Positions 18,681 through 28,328 of a DNA stretch of 64,000 nucleotides are shown here, piece by piece. Origin of the DNA: a virus; IMG/VR virus record IMGVR_UViG_3300005673_000003, positions 64,001 to 128,000 of that record; one strand, 5' to 3'. Each line of letters begins with the position of its first letter. Within the stretch, counting starts at the first letter, position 1. The notes under the pieces were generated by a model, which did not search any database, was not told the DNA's origin, and was given only the letters and a program-made list of their open reading frames with translations. The position numbers and the translations under genes are program-made.

Positions 18681-19064
18681 TTAATCCTCCACATCCGCGC
18701 CCATGTACTGCTGTTTTGTTTTCACGGTTTTCCGCCTTGCCTGGAGGAGGATTGGTTCCGCTTGATTGCGAATCTCCTGGCGCGATAAAGCGAACATCTG
18801 ACTCAGAACCTCTTGTGGATTCTCGCCAGGTATCAAGTCATACCAGAGGGAAACCTCCACCGTTAGGGAATTCCAGTTCCCAAGATCAAACTTGCGGCCC
18901 AGCTTTGTAGAGATCATTTTTAATCCCTCAATATCTCCGGTATCAGCAGAGGCAGAGGGAGGCTGAATTTGAGGTGATTGAGTATCCTCAGAGGGTGCAA
19001 TGGGAAGCGTATCAGTTCCCTCAGTATTCCCTGAAACAGATACCTCTTTATTCTTAATCGGCAT
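18681..19064 (-). CDS. Hypothetical protein
   Basis: RKFDLGNWNSL motif, leader motif upstream. Confidence 0.55.
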   Translation of the reverse strand: MPIKNKEVSVSGNTEGTDTLPIAPSEDTQSPQIQPPSASADTGDIEGLKMISTKLGRKFDLGNWNSLTVEVSLWYDLIPGENPQEVLSQMFALSRQEIRNQAEPILLQARRKTVKTKQQYMGADVED

Positions 19065-19109
19065 AAACTAAACAACTCCCAAATTGATTGATTATTGCGC
19101 TGAAGGTAG

Positions 19110-19481
19110 CTACCAGGATGGTGCTGCCATTAGTTTAATGTGAGCCTGGTAGCTCCGCTGATTTTTCTGATGCCGTTCAATTAGCCAGCTCTCCGCTTTA
19201 TCCAGCGAGGTGAATCGCTCCTCCTTGTGAGCACCAACCAGTGATACGGCAATCCATACCCCTCTGAATTGCCGGATTACTCCGACTCTGACTTCAGATT
19301 CCGGGCTATTTTCAGCCGAAAACCAAAGGGTGTGGAAGGTTGCCAGAATATCTTGCGTCTGCACCTTTCGATACCCAGCTTTTTCGGTTACAAAAATGTT
19401 GCCAGAAGCATTGCTAGAAACAATTGAGCCTTGCTCTTCGGTGCCAATGCTAACCAGGGGAGCAATATTTGGTTTATCCAT
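19110..19481 (-). CDS. Hypothetical early protein
   Basis: Follows promoter copy 5 and the leader motif. Confidence 0.6.
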   Translation of the reverse strand: MDKPNIAPLVSIGTEEQGSIVSSNASGNIFVTEKAGYRKVQTQDILATFHTLWFSAENSPESEVRVGVIRQFRGVWIAVSLVGAHKEERFTSLDKAESWLIERHQKNQRSYQAHIKLMAAPSW

Positions 19482-19519
19482 AATCTAAAACCGCTAACGA
19501 ATAATTGATTGATAGCTCC

Positions 19520-19565
19520 AATATAGTCAGCTCAAAATAAAATGTCAACATCTATCAATCTTTTT
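19520..19565 (-). promoter_or_regulatory. Early promoter copy 5
   Basis: AAAAGATTGATAGATG-TTGACA-17 nt-TATATT. Confidence 0.8.
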
Positions 19566-19664
19566 CTTATGGCTTATACTTACAGAAGCGCTATCCCAGT
19601 CTCACTGGTGGTTTGCGCGATCTACCTGATAATCGATCAATTAATCGCCCAATTAATCATCGCT

Positions 19665-20390
19665 ATGCAGAAATCAACTCTAAAAGCTCCTGAGACTCGC
19701 GCTAACGTATTGCATTCCAGTGCAAGCAATGAACACTACACTCCTACTTTGATTGCCCAGAAAAGCAGGAATATCTTGGGAGGGATTGAATTGGATCCGT
19801 GTAGTTGCAAGCTGGCAAACGAAATAATCCGAGCGGAGCAGTACTACTCGTTAGAAGAGGGAATAGACGGGCTGCAGCAATCCTGGAAAAGCCGCTCCCT
19901 ACTGCTGAATCCCAGAGGAGGGCAGATCAGGGATCGGGAGTTTATCAAGCGCTATGGCACATCATCATCGATCGCGGCCTGGGGTAATGAGCTGAAGCGG
20001 CGATGGGAGGTTGGAGAAGTTCAGCAAGCCATCTTCATTGGATTCCAACTTAGTGTCCTGCGGCTATGCCCTGGTTTTCTGTCATTGCCATTTTGCGTCC
20101 CCAGAGAGCGGCTTTGCTTCTGGACAACACCGCACGCTCTGCGACAAGCAGAAGCAGCGAAGCGGAAGCCGGATTTACAATTTGTGGAGCGATGGATCCT
20201 TGAGTGCATCGATAAAGGCGAGTGTATCGACTCTGAGCATGGGTTTCTGGTGCCATCCCATTCGCCCAGTCACGATAATGTGATCATCTTTTTCCCGCCT
20301 AAAAAAGATGGAAGGGAGGAAGCCCTTGCAAACTTCGCGGCAGAGTTTGCGGATGTTGGAGAGATCGCCAATCTGAGATTCTGGAGATAG
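19665..20390 (+). CDS. Phage Dam-like DNA N6-adenine methyltransferase with variant catalytic motif
   Basis: NEHYTP...IELDPCS...DGLQQSW...LNPRGG. Confidence 0.7.
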   Translation: MQKSTLKAPETRANVLHSSASNEHYTPTLIAQKSRNILGGIELDPCSCKLANEIIRAEQYYSLEEGIDGLQQSWKSRSLLLNPRGGQIRDREFIKRYGTSSSIAAWGNELKRRWEVGEVQQAIFIGFQLSVLRLCPGFLSLPFCVPRERLCFWTTPHALRQAEAAKRKPDLQFVERWILECIDKGECIDSEHGFLVPSHSPSHDNVIIFFPPKKDGREEALANFAAEFADVGEIANLRFWR

Positions 20391-20456
20391 ATCCAAAAAA
20401 ATGCAGCCCCGATAGATTTCTATCGGGGCTAGATGATTGGGTGCAATGCAACGAGC

Positions 20457-20801
20457 TTAAGCGGGAATCAGATCCAGGCCAGCTTCTAAGTCCATCAACT
20501 CCATCTTGCTTCTAAAATATCGCTTAGCCTCTGGTGGCAATGCTGCTTCGAGGGTCAGTAAAGCCTTGCCCATTAGATCGTTGGTGCCCTGCAAATAGCG
20601 GTTTATTTGATCTGGGCCTACGTATTTATAGCGATCGGGATAGCGCCGCTCCAAGTGGAGAGTGCGCTCACTAATGTAAGCCTGGTAAATACCAAAGAAG
20701 TTCAAAGTCTCCCGGTAAATCGTGCGGTGAGACGAATTCTGCTTCGTTTTTTTCGAGCGCATTTTTTTCATATTAGCCATAGTTGAAAAACCCATCATCA
20801 T
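20457..20801 (-). CDS. Putative XRE-type transcriptional regulator
   Basis: QINRYLQG..DL...L..LE.ALP; divergent from a second HTH gene. Confidence 0.45.
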   Translation of the reverse strand: MMMGFSTMANMKKMRSKKTKQNSSHRTIYRETLNFFGIYQAYISERTLHLERRYPDRYKYVGPDQINRYLQGTNDLMGKALLTLEAALPPEAKRYFRSKMELMDLEAGLDLIPA

Positions 20802-21120
20802 CTTGCCATCGATTCTAACAAAATTGGAGTTTTTTACAATGTCATTTACAAAAGTTTACACGCTGAAGAGAGTTAATGGAGGCTGAATATTACGCCAGTA
20901 GCAAATAACACATCCCAGCCGTCTGCCGTGAAACTTTGCAAACAATTTACAGTAGAAGGAGGTTTTTTGCGCTCCAAAGATTTATCCTGTAAAGGGTTAT
21001 ACATCCCTATTCGATCAAAAATATCCGCCAAAAGAGGTAGATATTTTACGATAGGGGAGAAGTCGTGCATTCCCTTAGCTGCTAGCTCGTCTGTCTTTCT
21101 TAGCTTTTTAAGTTTTAACA

Positions 21121-21564
21121 ATGAGTAACTTACCTGAAAATCAAGTTCATCTAGAAGCAGGGCATTCGGATTCTAAATTGGCACAATCCGAATCATCGCA
21201 AGCAGAGGAACCTGAGCCGATTACAAAACCCTCACTAGAAGATTTCATGCTCCTCGCGTTAACAGATCTAGAGGGTCTGACCGGAGTTGATTCCTCCGAT
21301 TGGAGTCGCTGGTTCAACGGTGCTTTACTATCGGAGCGCATTTTAATCAAAGCCGCAGAACCCCTTGGATTAACCGCTGGGCAACTTCTAGACTTCATCT
21401 CTCGCAGGCGTGAAGCTACGCTCGGCCTGCGAAAAGCTGGGAGGAAATTCACCCCAAAAGAAATGCAACTGGTAATCAATCGGCAATCAAAAAAGGGCCA
21501 GGGCGGAACAGGAAATTCAGGAGGCAAGTCTAAAGCTTCCAGCCTGGAATCCGTTTGCGCCTAA
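21121..21564 (+). CDS. Cro/CI-type HTH regulator
   Basis: LTDLEGLTGVDSSDWSRWFNG HTH. Confidence 0.6.
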   Translation: MSNLPENQVHLEAGHSDSKLAQSESSQAEEPEPITKPSLEDFMLLALTDLEGLTGVDSSDWSRWFNGALLSERILIKAAEPLGLTAGQLLDFISRRREATLGLRKAGRKFTPKEMQLVINRQSKKGQGGTGNSGGKSKASSLESVCA

Positions 21565-21565
21565 A

Positions 21566-21690
21566 TAAAAATGGGAGGGGTGAACCCCTCCCAGCAATAA
21601 TCAATCAATTAATCGTCGGAAAGGCAGAGCGGAATCAACTTCTACGTAACGAGAAGAAGTTATCAAAGCCCGTCTTTTAGACTCTTAACT
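21566..21690 (-). ncRNA. Candidate antisense small RNA
   Basis: TTGCAA-18 nt-TATAGT promoter (21726-21697); GC hairpin plus U-tract terminator at 21593-21567; carries the complement of the leader motif. Confidence 0.45.
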
Positions 21691-22266
21691 TCCCTCACTA
21701 TATACAAGATCCAGAGAGGCTTGCAACTCGCTCTACGGGCCGCTTGTAGCAAGATCCAATGTCATGATGACAGGTTACGCTGTATAAAATATTGCAAGCT
21801 GTACGGATGCGGCTTGCAAGTAAAGGGCTAGGGGTGGATCAAAAAATAAAAAGAAAGATCCCTTTGCTAAAAATTTGGATCAGGCTACAATCTTGATCGG
21901 TAAAGCCTGGGTGAGCGGCTATCTGGCCTAAAAATTAATCAATTTTTGACCCCCAAATAGCAAATCACCCCCAGAGTTAGCCGCTCTGGAGGTTTTATTA
22001 GTCAAATTTATTTTTCCTAACCATTCAAACAAAAGCACTCAAGGAGAACTTCGATTGAATTTCAGTCGTATGATAACCATCCCTCTCAGGAGGTTTCAGC
22101 TCGTATGATAACACTACGCGCTAGAGATTGCCATAGGGCAGGCAATATTTTTTCTAATGGGAGCAGCCGTTGGTACCAGGGGTATCAGCGGTTTTGTCGT
22201 GCGTTTGCGGCTTTCAATAATCAATCAATAATCAATCAATAATCATCGGAACCGGAGTAGGTTTAT

Positions 22267-22614
22267 ATGTTTGCGAGTTCGTGTTTTAGTTTTCCGGCAG
22301 GCGATAGATGCCTGACTATCCGGGAAAGCTTAGTCAAAATTTGCGATGGAAATGCGTGCGCTGCCGCGATCGTGCAGCTGCTTAATGAAGTCGAGGCTTA
22401 TTCTCGAATCGCGGAAGGCCAGGGGAAGCCTGCCTGCTATATGGCATCCAGCGATATAGCTGATCAATTGTTTTTTACCTGGCATCAGGTAACGATTTCA
22501 GACGCAATCCGCTTTTTAGAAGAGAAGGGATTTGTAGAAACCGATTACAATACAGCCTCGCTGGTTGTGAAATCCGTCAATCAAGCCCTGGAAGCATTGG
22601 GAGGCGAGTCATGA
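22267..22614 (+). CDS. Short paralog of the Rep N-terminal winged-helix domain
   Basis: IRESLVKICDGNACAAAIVQLL matches IRNCLRVICDENGCAAAILNNL in the next gene. Confidence 0.7.
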   Translation: MFASSCFSFPAGDRCLTIRESLVKICDGNACAAAIVQLLNEVEAYSRIAEGQGKPACYMASSDIADQLFFTWHQVTISDAIRFLEEKGFVETDYNTASLVVKSVNQALEALGGES

Positions 22615-24044
22615 CGCACGCTAATACCGTCCAGAGGACTAGCTGCATTAGGTTCCCCAAAAATGATCCTTTCGCGATAATCAGAAACTGCTTAAGGGTT
22701 ATCTGTGATGAGAATGGATGCGCGGCTGCAATCCTAAACAATCTTATATCTTGGCATGACAGCAAGTTAAGCTATCTACCTCAAGCAAAACAGAAAAACC
22801 GTGTAGCAGAGATGCATGGAGATGAGGGCACCCAGGATACATCTCTGCTTGTGTACCTTACAGAGCAGGATTTAATCGATGCAGGTATCAGGGAATGGAA
22901 GAAGGATTCAATCAGGAAGGCTATCAAAATCCTGGTGGAAAAAGGCTATGCATCCATTCACAGTAATCCCAACCCCAGATACAGCTTCGATAAAACTCGA
23001 TATTTCTTGCTACATCCAGAACCTGTTCAAAAAGCTCTGGATGAATTCGAGTATGGAGAGCCGGAACCCGATGAGCCAAAAACCGATGATCGGCGGTCGG
23101 AAAAACAATATCGAGAGGTTGGGGAAGCCAAAACCCTTGATACGGGAGAATTTGAAGCGGATCAGCTAGGTCAAGAAGCGGAAAACCAGCAATCGAAAGC
23201 GGAAATCCGCTCACGACAATCGGGGAATCAATCGTCGCAATCGGAAAACGAATTATATACAAAGATCCATTCCTTAGATCCTTGCTTAGATCCCTCTCCC
23301 CCCTTTAATCCCCCCAACGGGGAGAATGGGGAGGGAGGTGCTTCGCAACCGGATCAAGAATCCGAACCGGAACAGCCAGCAATCATTCCTCCTCTTGCTG
23401 CGATTCCGGATCAGCAAGAATCTGGCACACAACCAGAAGGCTCTATACCGGACAAATATTCCGCTGCCGCCGATTTTGTTTTTGAGGAGAAATTTGCTCC
23501 TGATGCAAAGTGGTGGCCCGTCCATGAGGCTCCCTGGAGAAAAGATTTGATCAACTTCAAGGACTCCATGATCCAGGCTTTCCTTACGGTGCATCCCCGA
23601 AATTCAAGCGATTGGTACTGGTTAGAGAACGGCAGTCCGAATGTATGGCAGGTTGAATCCAAGCTCCAGAAATTGGAGGGAGGCGCAAGGATGCTGACTC
23701 TGGATGGCACTTCCCTGGATGCACGCGCTAAACTCCTCAAGCTTTGGGAGATAGCTCAGCAAATCGAAAACGGGGAACTGCAGGTAGCTAGCACTGGGCA
23801 GGCATCCAAGCAGCTCCTGCCAGTCGATGAATACGAACGGATTAAGCAGCAAGCGATCGCCCAATCAGAACAGCGGCTGCAGGAGACGGAAGCTCTGGTT
23901 AATCAAGCTAAGCCAATCAAGCCAGCCGCAGAGCTGCCAGCAGCATCGCAATTAGATCCAATCCAGCAAGCGAGGATTGCTAGAACGCAAGCTGCAACCG
24001 TAGATCGCTCTCGTGCCACGCTCAGAAAGCGAATTGCAATCTAA
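22611..24044 (+). CDS. Putative replication initiator (wHTH)
   Basis: SIRKAIKILVEKGY...NPRYSFDKTRYF; directly upstream of dnaB. Confidence 0.65.
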   Translation: MTHANTVQRTSCIRFPKNDPFAIIRNCLRVICDENGCAAAILNNLISWHDSKLSYLPQAKQKNRVAEMHGDEGTQDTSLLVYLTEQDLIDAGIREWKKDSIRKAIKILVEKGYASIHSNPNPRYSFDKTRYFLLHPEPVQKALDEFEYGEPEPDEPKTDDRRSEKQYREVGEAKTLDTGEFEADQLGQEAENQQSKAEIRSRQSGNQSSQSENELYTKIHSLDPCLDPSPPFNPPNGENGEGGASQPDQESEPEQPAIIPPLAAIPDQQESGTQPEGSIPDKYSAAADFVFEEKFAPDAKWWPVHEAPWRKDLINFKDSMIQAFLTVHPRNSSDWYWLENGSPNVWQVESKLQKLEGGARMLTLDGTSLDARAKLLKLWEIAQQIENGELQVASTGQASKQLLPVDEYERIKQQAIAQSEQRLQETEALVNQAKPIKPAAELPAASQLDPIQQARIARTQAATVDRSRATLRKRIAI

Positions 24045-24095
24045 TTCCCGCAACGATTTCAAGCAATAAATCAATCAATTATTCGGAGAAGTAAC

Positions 24096-25490
24096 ATGGA
24101 TTCTGCAAAGTTTAATTCTGGAAAAAACTCTGGAGCTGGAACGCTGGTCAGCCTGCAAGGTGGGAGCCGCCCTCAATCGCTGCATGACGAGGAAGGGGAA
24201 GCCTTCGTGATTGGGGCTATCCTGCTAGATCCTGACCGGGTGTATGACGTTTTTGAGCAGATTCCCCACCCAGAGGCGTTTTACTCGGAGTCCCATCGCA
24301 CTATTTATGCTGCTCAGCTTAAGTTAGCAATGGACGGGAGCCTGCCAGATCTGCCAGCGGTCGCTACCCAACTGAAGAAGAGTGGGGAGCTAGAGCAGGT
24401 AGGAGGCCGCGCTTTCTTGGCAGAGTTGATGGATGGCTGTCTATCCAGCGCTGGAGTAGAGATAGCGGCAGGGGGAGTGCAAGAGTTCTTTGTACGCCGC
24501 AAATTACGCGCTATAAGCTTCGATAATGGCAAGTTGGCAGAAGACCTCACAATCCCGATCGCGCAAGTCCTAGAGCGTTCAGAACAGGCTCTGTACGGTG
24601 TAGATTCTGGGGTGGTGGATGACTGCTTAAAATCCCCTCAAGAATTAGCTTCGACTTTGAGGCTAGTCTATGCAACCGGAAAATCGCCTGGGATGGCCTC
24701 TGGCTTCCTCGACTACGATGCCCTGACCGGAGGATGGTTCCCTGGGCAGCTCAATATCGTGGCCGCTCCTACGGGCCTTGGGAAATCTCAATTCGTGATT
24801 GCCTCAGCCATCAACTTTGCCCGGAAGCATAACCTGCCCTGCTTCATCTTTTCGTGCGAAATGACTGCTGAGGAAGTGGGTCACCGCATCGTTGCAAACC
24901 TATCGACGATTGATAGTGATTTACTGATTCAGTGCAAACCCCTGTCTCCTGCAGATGCTGCAAAGCGCGATCGCGCAGTAGATCAACTAGAAAATCATCT
25001 ACCAATCTACGTTTTTGAGATGGCATCTCCATCGGTCGGATTAATCCGGCAGGTGTTGCGGCGTGCCAGTATGCAATATGGAAAACTGGGCCTGGTTATT
25101 CTGGATTACCTGCAACTGGCAGGCAACGAAGAGGGCGAAAGAAGCGGCACCCGAGCAGAGGAGCTAGATAAAATCGCTAGAGCCTGCAAAGGTGCAGCAA
25201 TCCAATTCAAAGTCCCGTTTATTGCAGTTTCCCAAGTTAAACGAGCGGTAGCTGACCGCCAGAATAAGCGGCCCCAGGTCAGCGACTTGAAGGAATCGGG
25301 AGCGCTGGAGAACCATGCTAACCGGATCATCATGCTCCATAACGATTACTACTATGACCCTCAGAATGCAGTTGATAAGGGGTTAATTGAAGTCATCGTA
25401 GCCAAGAATCGTAACGGCAAAAAAGGTGATTGCAAGATGATTTTCTTGCCAGAGTTCAGTCAGTTCCTAGACATATCCAAGTCTTATTAG
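24096..25490 (+). CDS. dnaB: Replicative DNA helicase
   Basis: APTGLGKS, FSCEM, LDYLQL, SQV.R, DLKESGALE, AKNRNG. Confidence 0.95.
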   Translation: MDSAKFNSGKNSGAGTLVSLQGGSRPQSLHDEEGEAFVIGAILLDPDRVYDVFEQIPHPEAFYSESHRTIYAAQLKLAMDGSLPDLPAVATQLKKSGELEQVGGRAFLAELMDGCLSSAGVEIAAGGVQEFFVRRKLRAISFDNGKLAEDLTIPIAQVLERSEQALYGVDSGVVDDCLKSPQELASTLRLVYATGKSPGMASGFLDYDALTGGWFPGQLNIVAAPTGLGKSQFVIASAINFARKHNLPCFIFSCEMTAEEVGHRIVANLSTIDSDLLIQCKPLSPADAAKRDRAVDQLENHLPIYVFEMASPSVGLIRQVLRRASMQYGKLGLVILDYLQLAGNEEGERSGTRAEELDKIARACKGAAIQFKVPFIAVSQVKRAVADRQNKRPQVSDLKESGALENHANRIIMLHNDYYYDPQNAVDKGLIEVIVAKNRNGKKGDCKMIFLPEFSQFLDISKSY

Positions 25491-25668
25491 AGTCTGCTTG
25501 CGAGATTCTTGCATGATTGGGTATTGCTTTACACTTACTGAATCAGCATCCAATCAGCTTGAATTCAGGGTCATCCTAAAGACTGATTTTCCCAGGGTGC
25601 TTTTATGCTGTGCCCTTTGCAACACGGCAATAATCGATCAATTATTAACTATTGAATTGGCGAATTAT

Positions 25669-25810
25669 CAGATCAAGATAAGATCAAACCTCTTTCCAAC
25701 AAAGGATCAAAATAAGATCGAGATGGGATCAAAATAGGATCTAGCTCAGATCTTGATAAGATCTAGACCATTTTCAAAATAGGATCTATTATCTAGATTG
25801 ATAGATAATT
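25669..25810. repeat. GATC-dense imperfect repeats (AAAATA(A/G)GATC); candidate origin iterons
   Basis: About nine GATC sites in 140 bp, AT-rich, next to rep-dnaB. Confidence 0.5.
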
Positions 25811-25888
25811 ACTTTTTGGAGGTTTGAGGATAGGGTTTTTCTAACTTGCATCTGTTGACCGTAATCCATAGCTTCGAGGGATTAAAAG

Positions 25889-26518
25889 ATGCTGTACACT
25901 GCTTCTTGGAAAAAGGGAAAAGATTACATTCACGGCCAAGCTTATTCGATCAGCCTAAAGGCTCCTCGAAATCTCGATTTTCCGATTGAGCACTTAGATT
26001 TTTTTAAGCCCACTCAAGGACTGCTGGATTTCTGGTATCAATCAGATAAATCCGAGCAGGCATGGCAGGAATACGAATCCCGATATTGGAAGCTAATCTT
26101 AGCTCCAGAGCGGAAAAATCCAATCATGTCCTGGCTCAATAGTTTGCCGCCGCAAAAAGATTGTACGCTCTGCTGTTTTGAGGTTAGTAATCGCTACTGT
26201 CACCGACGCTTAGTAGAGCTAATCATCAGAAAATATCGGCCAGAGCTATGGGTGGGTGACAGTATCCGCGCTACTCTGGAGATTGGCGATAGGGTAGAGC
26301 ATAAACTGTTGCCTCAGAAAGGGATTGGAACCGTTCTTGACCGGATGGCAACATTAGCTTATGTAATCTGGGATGATCTACCTCTTGGGGCTGTTCGCTC
26401 GGTTGTTCATCCAGTTAAAAGTGGGAATTACTACAACCAGATAGGCAATCCGTTACCCTACCCAGGCAACCTTTTGCGGCGAATCGAGGAAAGCAATAAT
26501 CAATCGATTAAAGGATAG
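25889..26518 (+). CDS. DUF488-family protein
   Basis: LYTAS...TLCCFE....CHRRLV. Confidence 0.7.
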   Translation: MLYTASWKKGKDYIHGQAYSISLKAPRNLDFPIEHLDFFKPTQGLLDFWYQSDKSEQAWQEYESRYWKLILAPERKNPIMSWLNSLPPQKDCTLCCFEVSNRYCHRRLVELIIRKYRPELWVGDSIRATLEIGDRVEHKLLPQKGIGTVLDRMATLAYVIWDDLPLGAVRSVVHPVKSGNYYNQIGNPLPYPGNLLRRIEESNNQSIKG

Positions 26519-26524
26519 TAGGCA

Positions 26525-27400
26525 ATGAGCGAAAAAACCGCGATCCAATGGGCGAGGCACACATACAATCACTGGATTGGGTGCGCTAAAATCTCTGAGG
26601 CTTGCAGCGATTGCTACGCAATCAACTCAACCCCTGTGCGAGTATTTGGTATCCAGTGGGGAACAGGGAAGCCTCGCTATTTAACAAGCGAGGAAAACCG
26701 GAAAAAGCCCTTAACTTGGAACCGAGTAGCTGAAGGGGTGGAGGAGCCAGTTCGAGTTTTTGGAAATAGCTTGAACGATTGGCTTGACGAGGAGGTTGAT
26801 CCTTGCTGGTTAAGCCAATACCTTATGCTCATCCATCGCTGCCGGAATTTAATCTGGATGCTCTTATCTAAAAGGCCGGAGAATTGGAGAGATAGGATCG
26901 AAAAGGCTCTTAGATGCCTGGAGGCTGAAAAGGATGATCCAGAAAAAGAAACCGAGCATCATGCTGGCACGATCGCTATGTTAAAACGCTGGCTGCAAGG
27001 CACCGCTCCGGGGCATATCTGGGTAGGTTCTACCACCGAGAATCAGCGCTGGGCAGATGAGCGGATCCCGGCATTAATGCAAATTCCAGCCGCTATCCGC
27101 TTTCTGTCTGTAGAGCCGATGTACGGGCCGTTGCAGATTCAAAGCTACCTAAAAACTGGATTGATCCATTGGGTGATCTGTGGAGGCGAGTCGAAGCAGA
27201 AGCGGAGCGAGGCTCAACCCTTTATCATTGGTGATGCTCAAAGTTTGATGAGCCAGTGCCGAGATGCTGGGGTGAGCTTCTTCTTCAAGCAATTCGGCTC
27301 CAATCCGATTGGCTTGGATTACAAGCTGAAGGATAAAAAAGGCGGCAATATCGTTGAATTCCCGGAGGAATTCCAGGTGCAGGAATTCCCAATTAGCTGA
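26525..27400 (+). CDS. Gp37Gp68/DUF5131-family protein (radical-SAM-like)
   Basis: TAIQW..HTYN.WIGC.KIS..C.DCYA, LSKRPE, FLSVEP, WVICGGES, FFKQ. Confidence 0.88.
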   Translation: MSEKTAIQWARHTYNHWIGCAKISEACSDCYAINSTPVRVFGIQWGTGKPRYLTSEENRKKPLTWNRVAEGVEEPVRVFGNSLNDWLDEEVDPCWLSQYLMLIHRCRNLIWMLLSKRPENWRDRIEKALRCLEAEKDDPEKETEHHAGTIAMLKRWLQGTAPGHIWVGSTTENQRWADERIPALMQIPAAIRFLSVEPMYGPLQIQSYLKTGLIHWVICGGESKQKRSEAQPFIIGDAQSLMSQCRDAGVSFFFKQFGSNPIGLDYKLKDKKGGNIVEFPEEFQVQEFPIS

Positions 27401-27421
27401 ATAATTGATTGATTTTTGAGA

Positions 27422-27835
27422 TCACGGTTGAGGAGTTTGCCAAAGCACTTTCCCGACCGTGATTTTTGTATCTTTGGTGATTGGCGTGTAGGGTGATCCG
27501 ATTTGCACCTGCAAGGTTGCTGTAGGGTAGCCTGTTTTCTGGTCAATATCCTTCAGTGCTGAATCTAATTTGCTGGCTGGGTCAGAGGGCTTGGATAGCA
27601 GTTTTGTGGTATCGGTAAATGTTGCCAACCATCTCCCTTCGGTTGCAGGAGGCACCGGAGCAATGTAGGTGCATACTACCGGAGGGCAGTAGGTTTTAGA
27701 TTTCGAGTTATCCACCACCGAGGCTCTTACGACTGTATCTGCTCCTACAAGCTGCCCATTGTAAGCAACCCGGATCTTTGGGGTGAACGGCTCCCCAGCG
27801 GCCAGCTCTGGCCTATCGACAGGTTTGAATGTCAT
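27422..27835 (-). CDS. Putative virion-associated protein
   Basis: Last gene of the coupled structural operon. Confidence 0.5.
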   Translation of the reverse strand: MTFKPVDRPELAAGEPFTPKIRVAYNGQLVGADTVVRASVVDNSKSKTYCPPVVCTYIAPVPPATEGRWLATFTDTTKLLSKPSDPASKLDSALKDIDQKTGYPTATLQVQIGSPYTPITKDTKITVGKVLWQTPQP

Positions 27836-28328
27836 GCGGATCTACCTCTGTACTGTCCTCTAAAACTTCAATCTCAAGCTGAGCTGACTCGATCTCTACG
27901 CTAACCTGATTCGGTAGATACTCCAGCTCAATTTCTGGAGCATCAAATTCTATACCAGCTTCTGCCAAGCTAAATTCCAGTGCTGGCTCGATCGCCTTAT
28001 CCAGCACTACCTCAAAATCATTTTCAGTTGCGACAATCAATTCCTCCTCCTCCTCAAATTCCAGCAATACCTCTGGGGCCGGATCAAACTCAAGCGCGAC
28101 TCCTACCGGAATGAATTCCAAGCTCATTACATCCTGCTCAATCCATACCCCAGGCAGGGATACCTCAAAAATCAGCTCTACAGCGCTCGGAGGGTCGAGG
28201 GTGATAGAAATGCAATCCGGCGTAATAGGAATCCGTCTGGGGAGCAGCAACCCGCGAGTAGCTCTCGCTACTGGCCCCAGCGTTACTCCCCTGGTCGCTC
28301 TTGAGAATGGAGTTCCTTGCCTAATCAT
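27813..28328 (-). CDS. Acidic hypothetical protein with ATRG repeats
   Basis: Translationally coupled in the structural operon. Confidence 0.5.
   Translation of the reverse strand: MIRQGTPFSRATRGVTLGPVARATRGLLLPRRIPITPDCISITLDPPSAVELIFEVSLPGVWIEQDVMSLEFIPVGVALEFDPAPEVLLEFEEEEELIVATENDFEVVLDKAIEPALEFSLAEAGIEFDAPEIELEYLPNQVSVEIESAQLEIEVLEDSTEVDPHDIQTCR

Noticed and set aside
19542-19664. Longer N-terminus for the methyltransferase
   Set aside because: It overlaps a divergent promoter; ATG 19665 is more plausible
20873-21128. Short ORFs on both strands between the regulators
   Set aside because: No recognisable features; more likely a divergent promoter/operator region
25498-25737. 79-aa ORF after dnaB
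   Set aside because: TTG start without an RBS, and it runs through the repeat region
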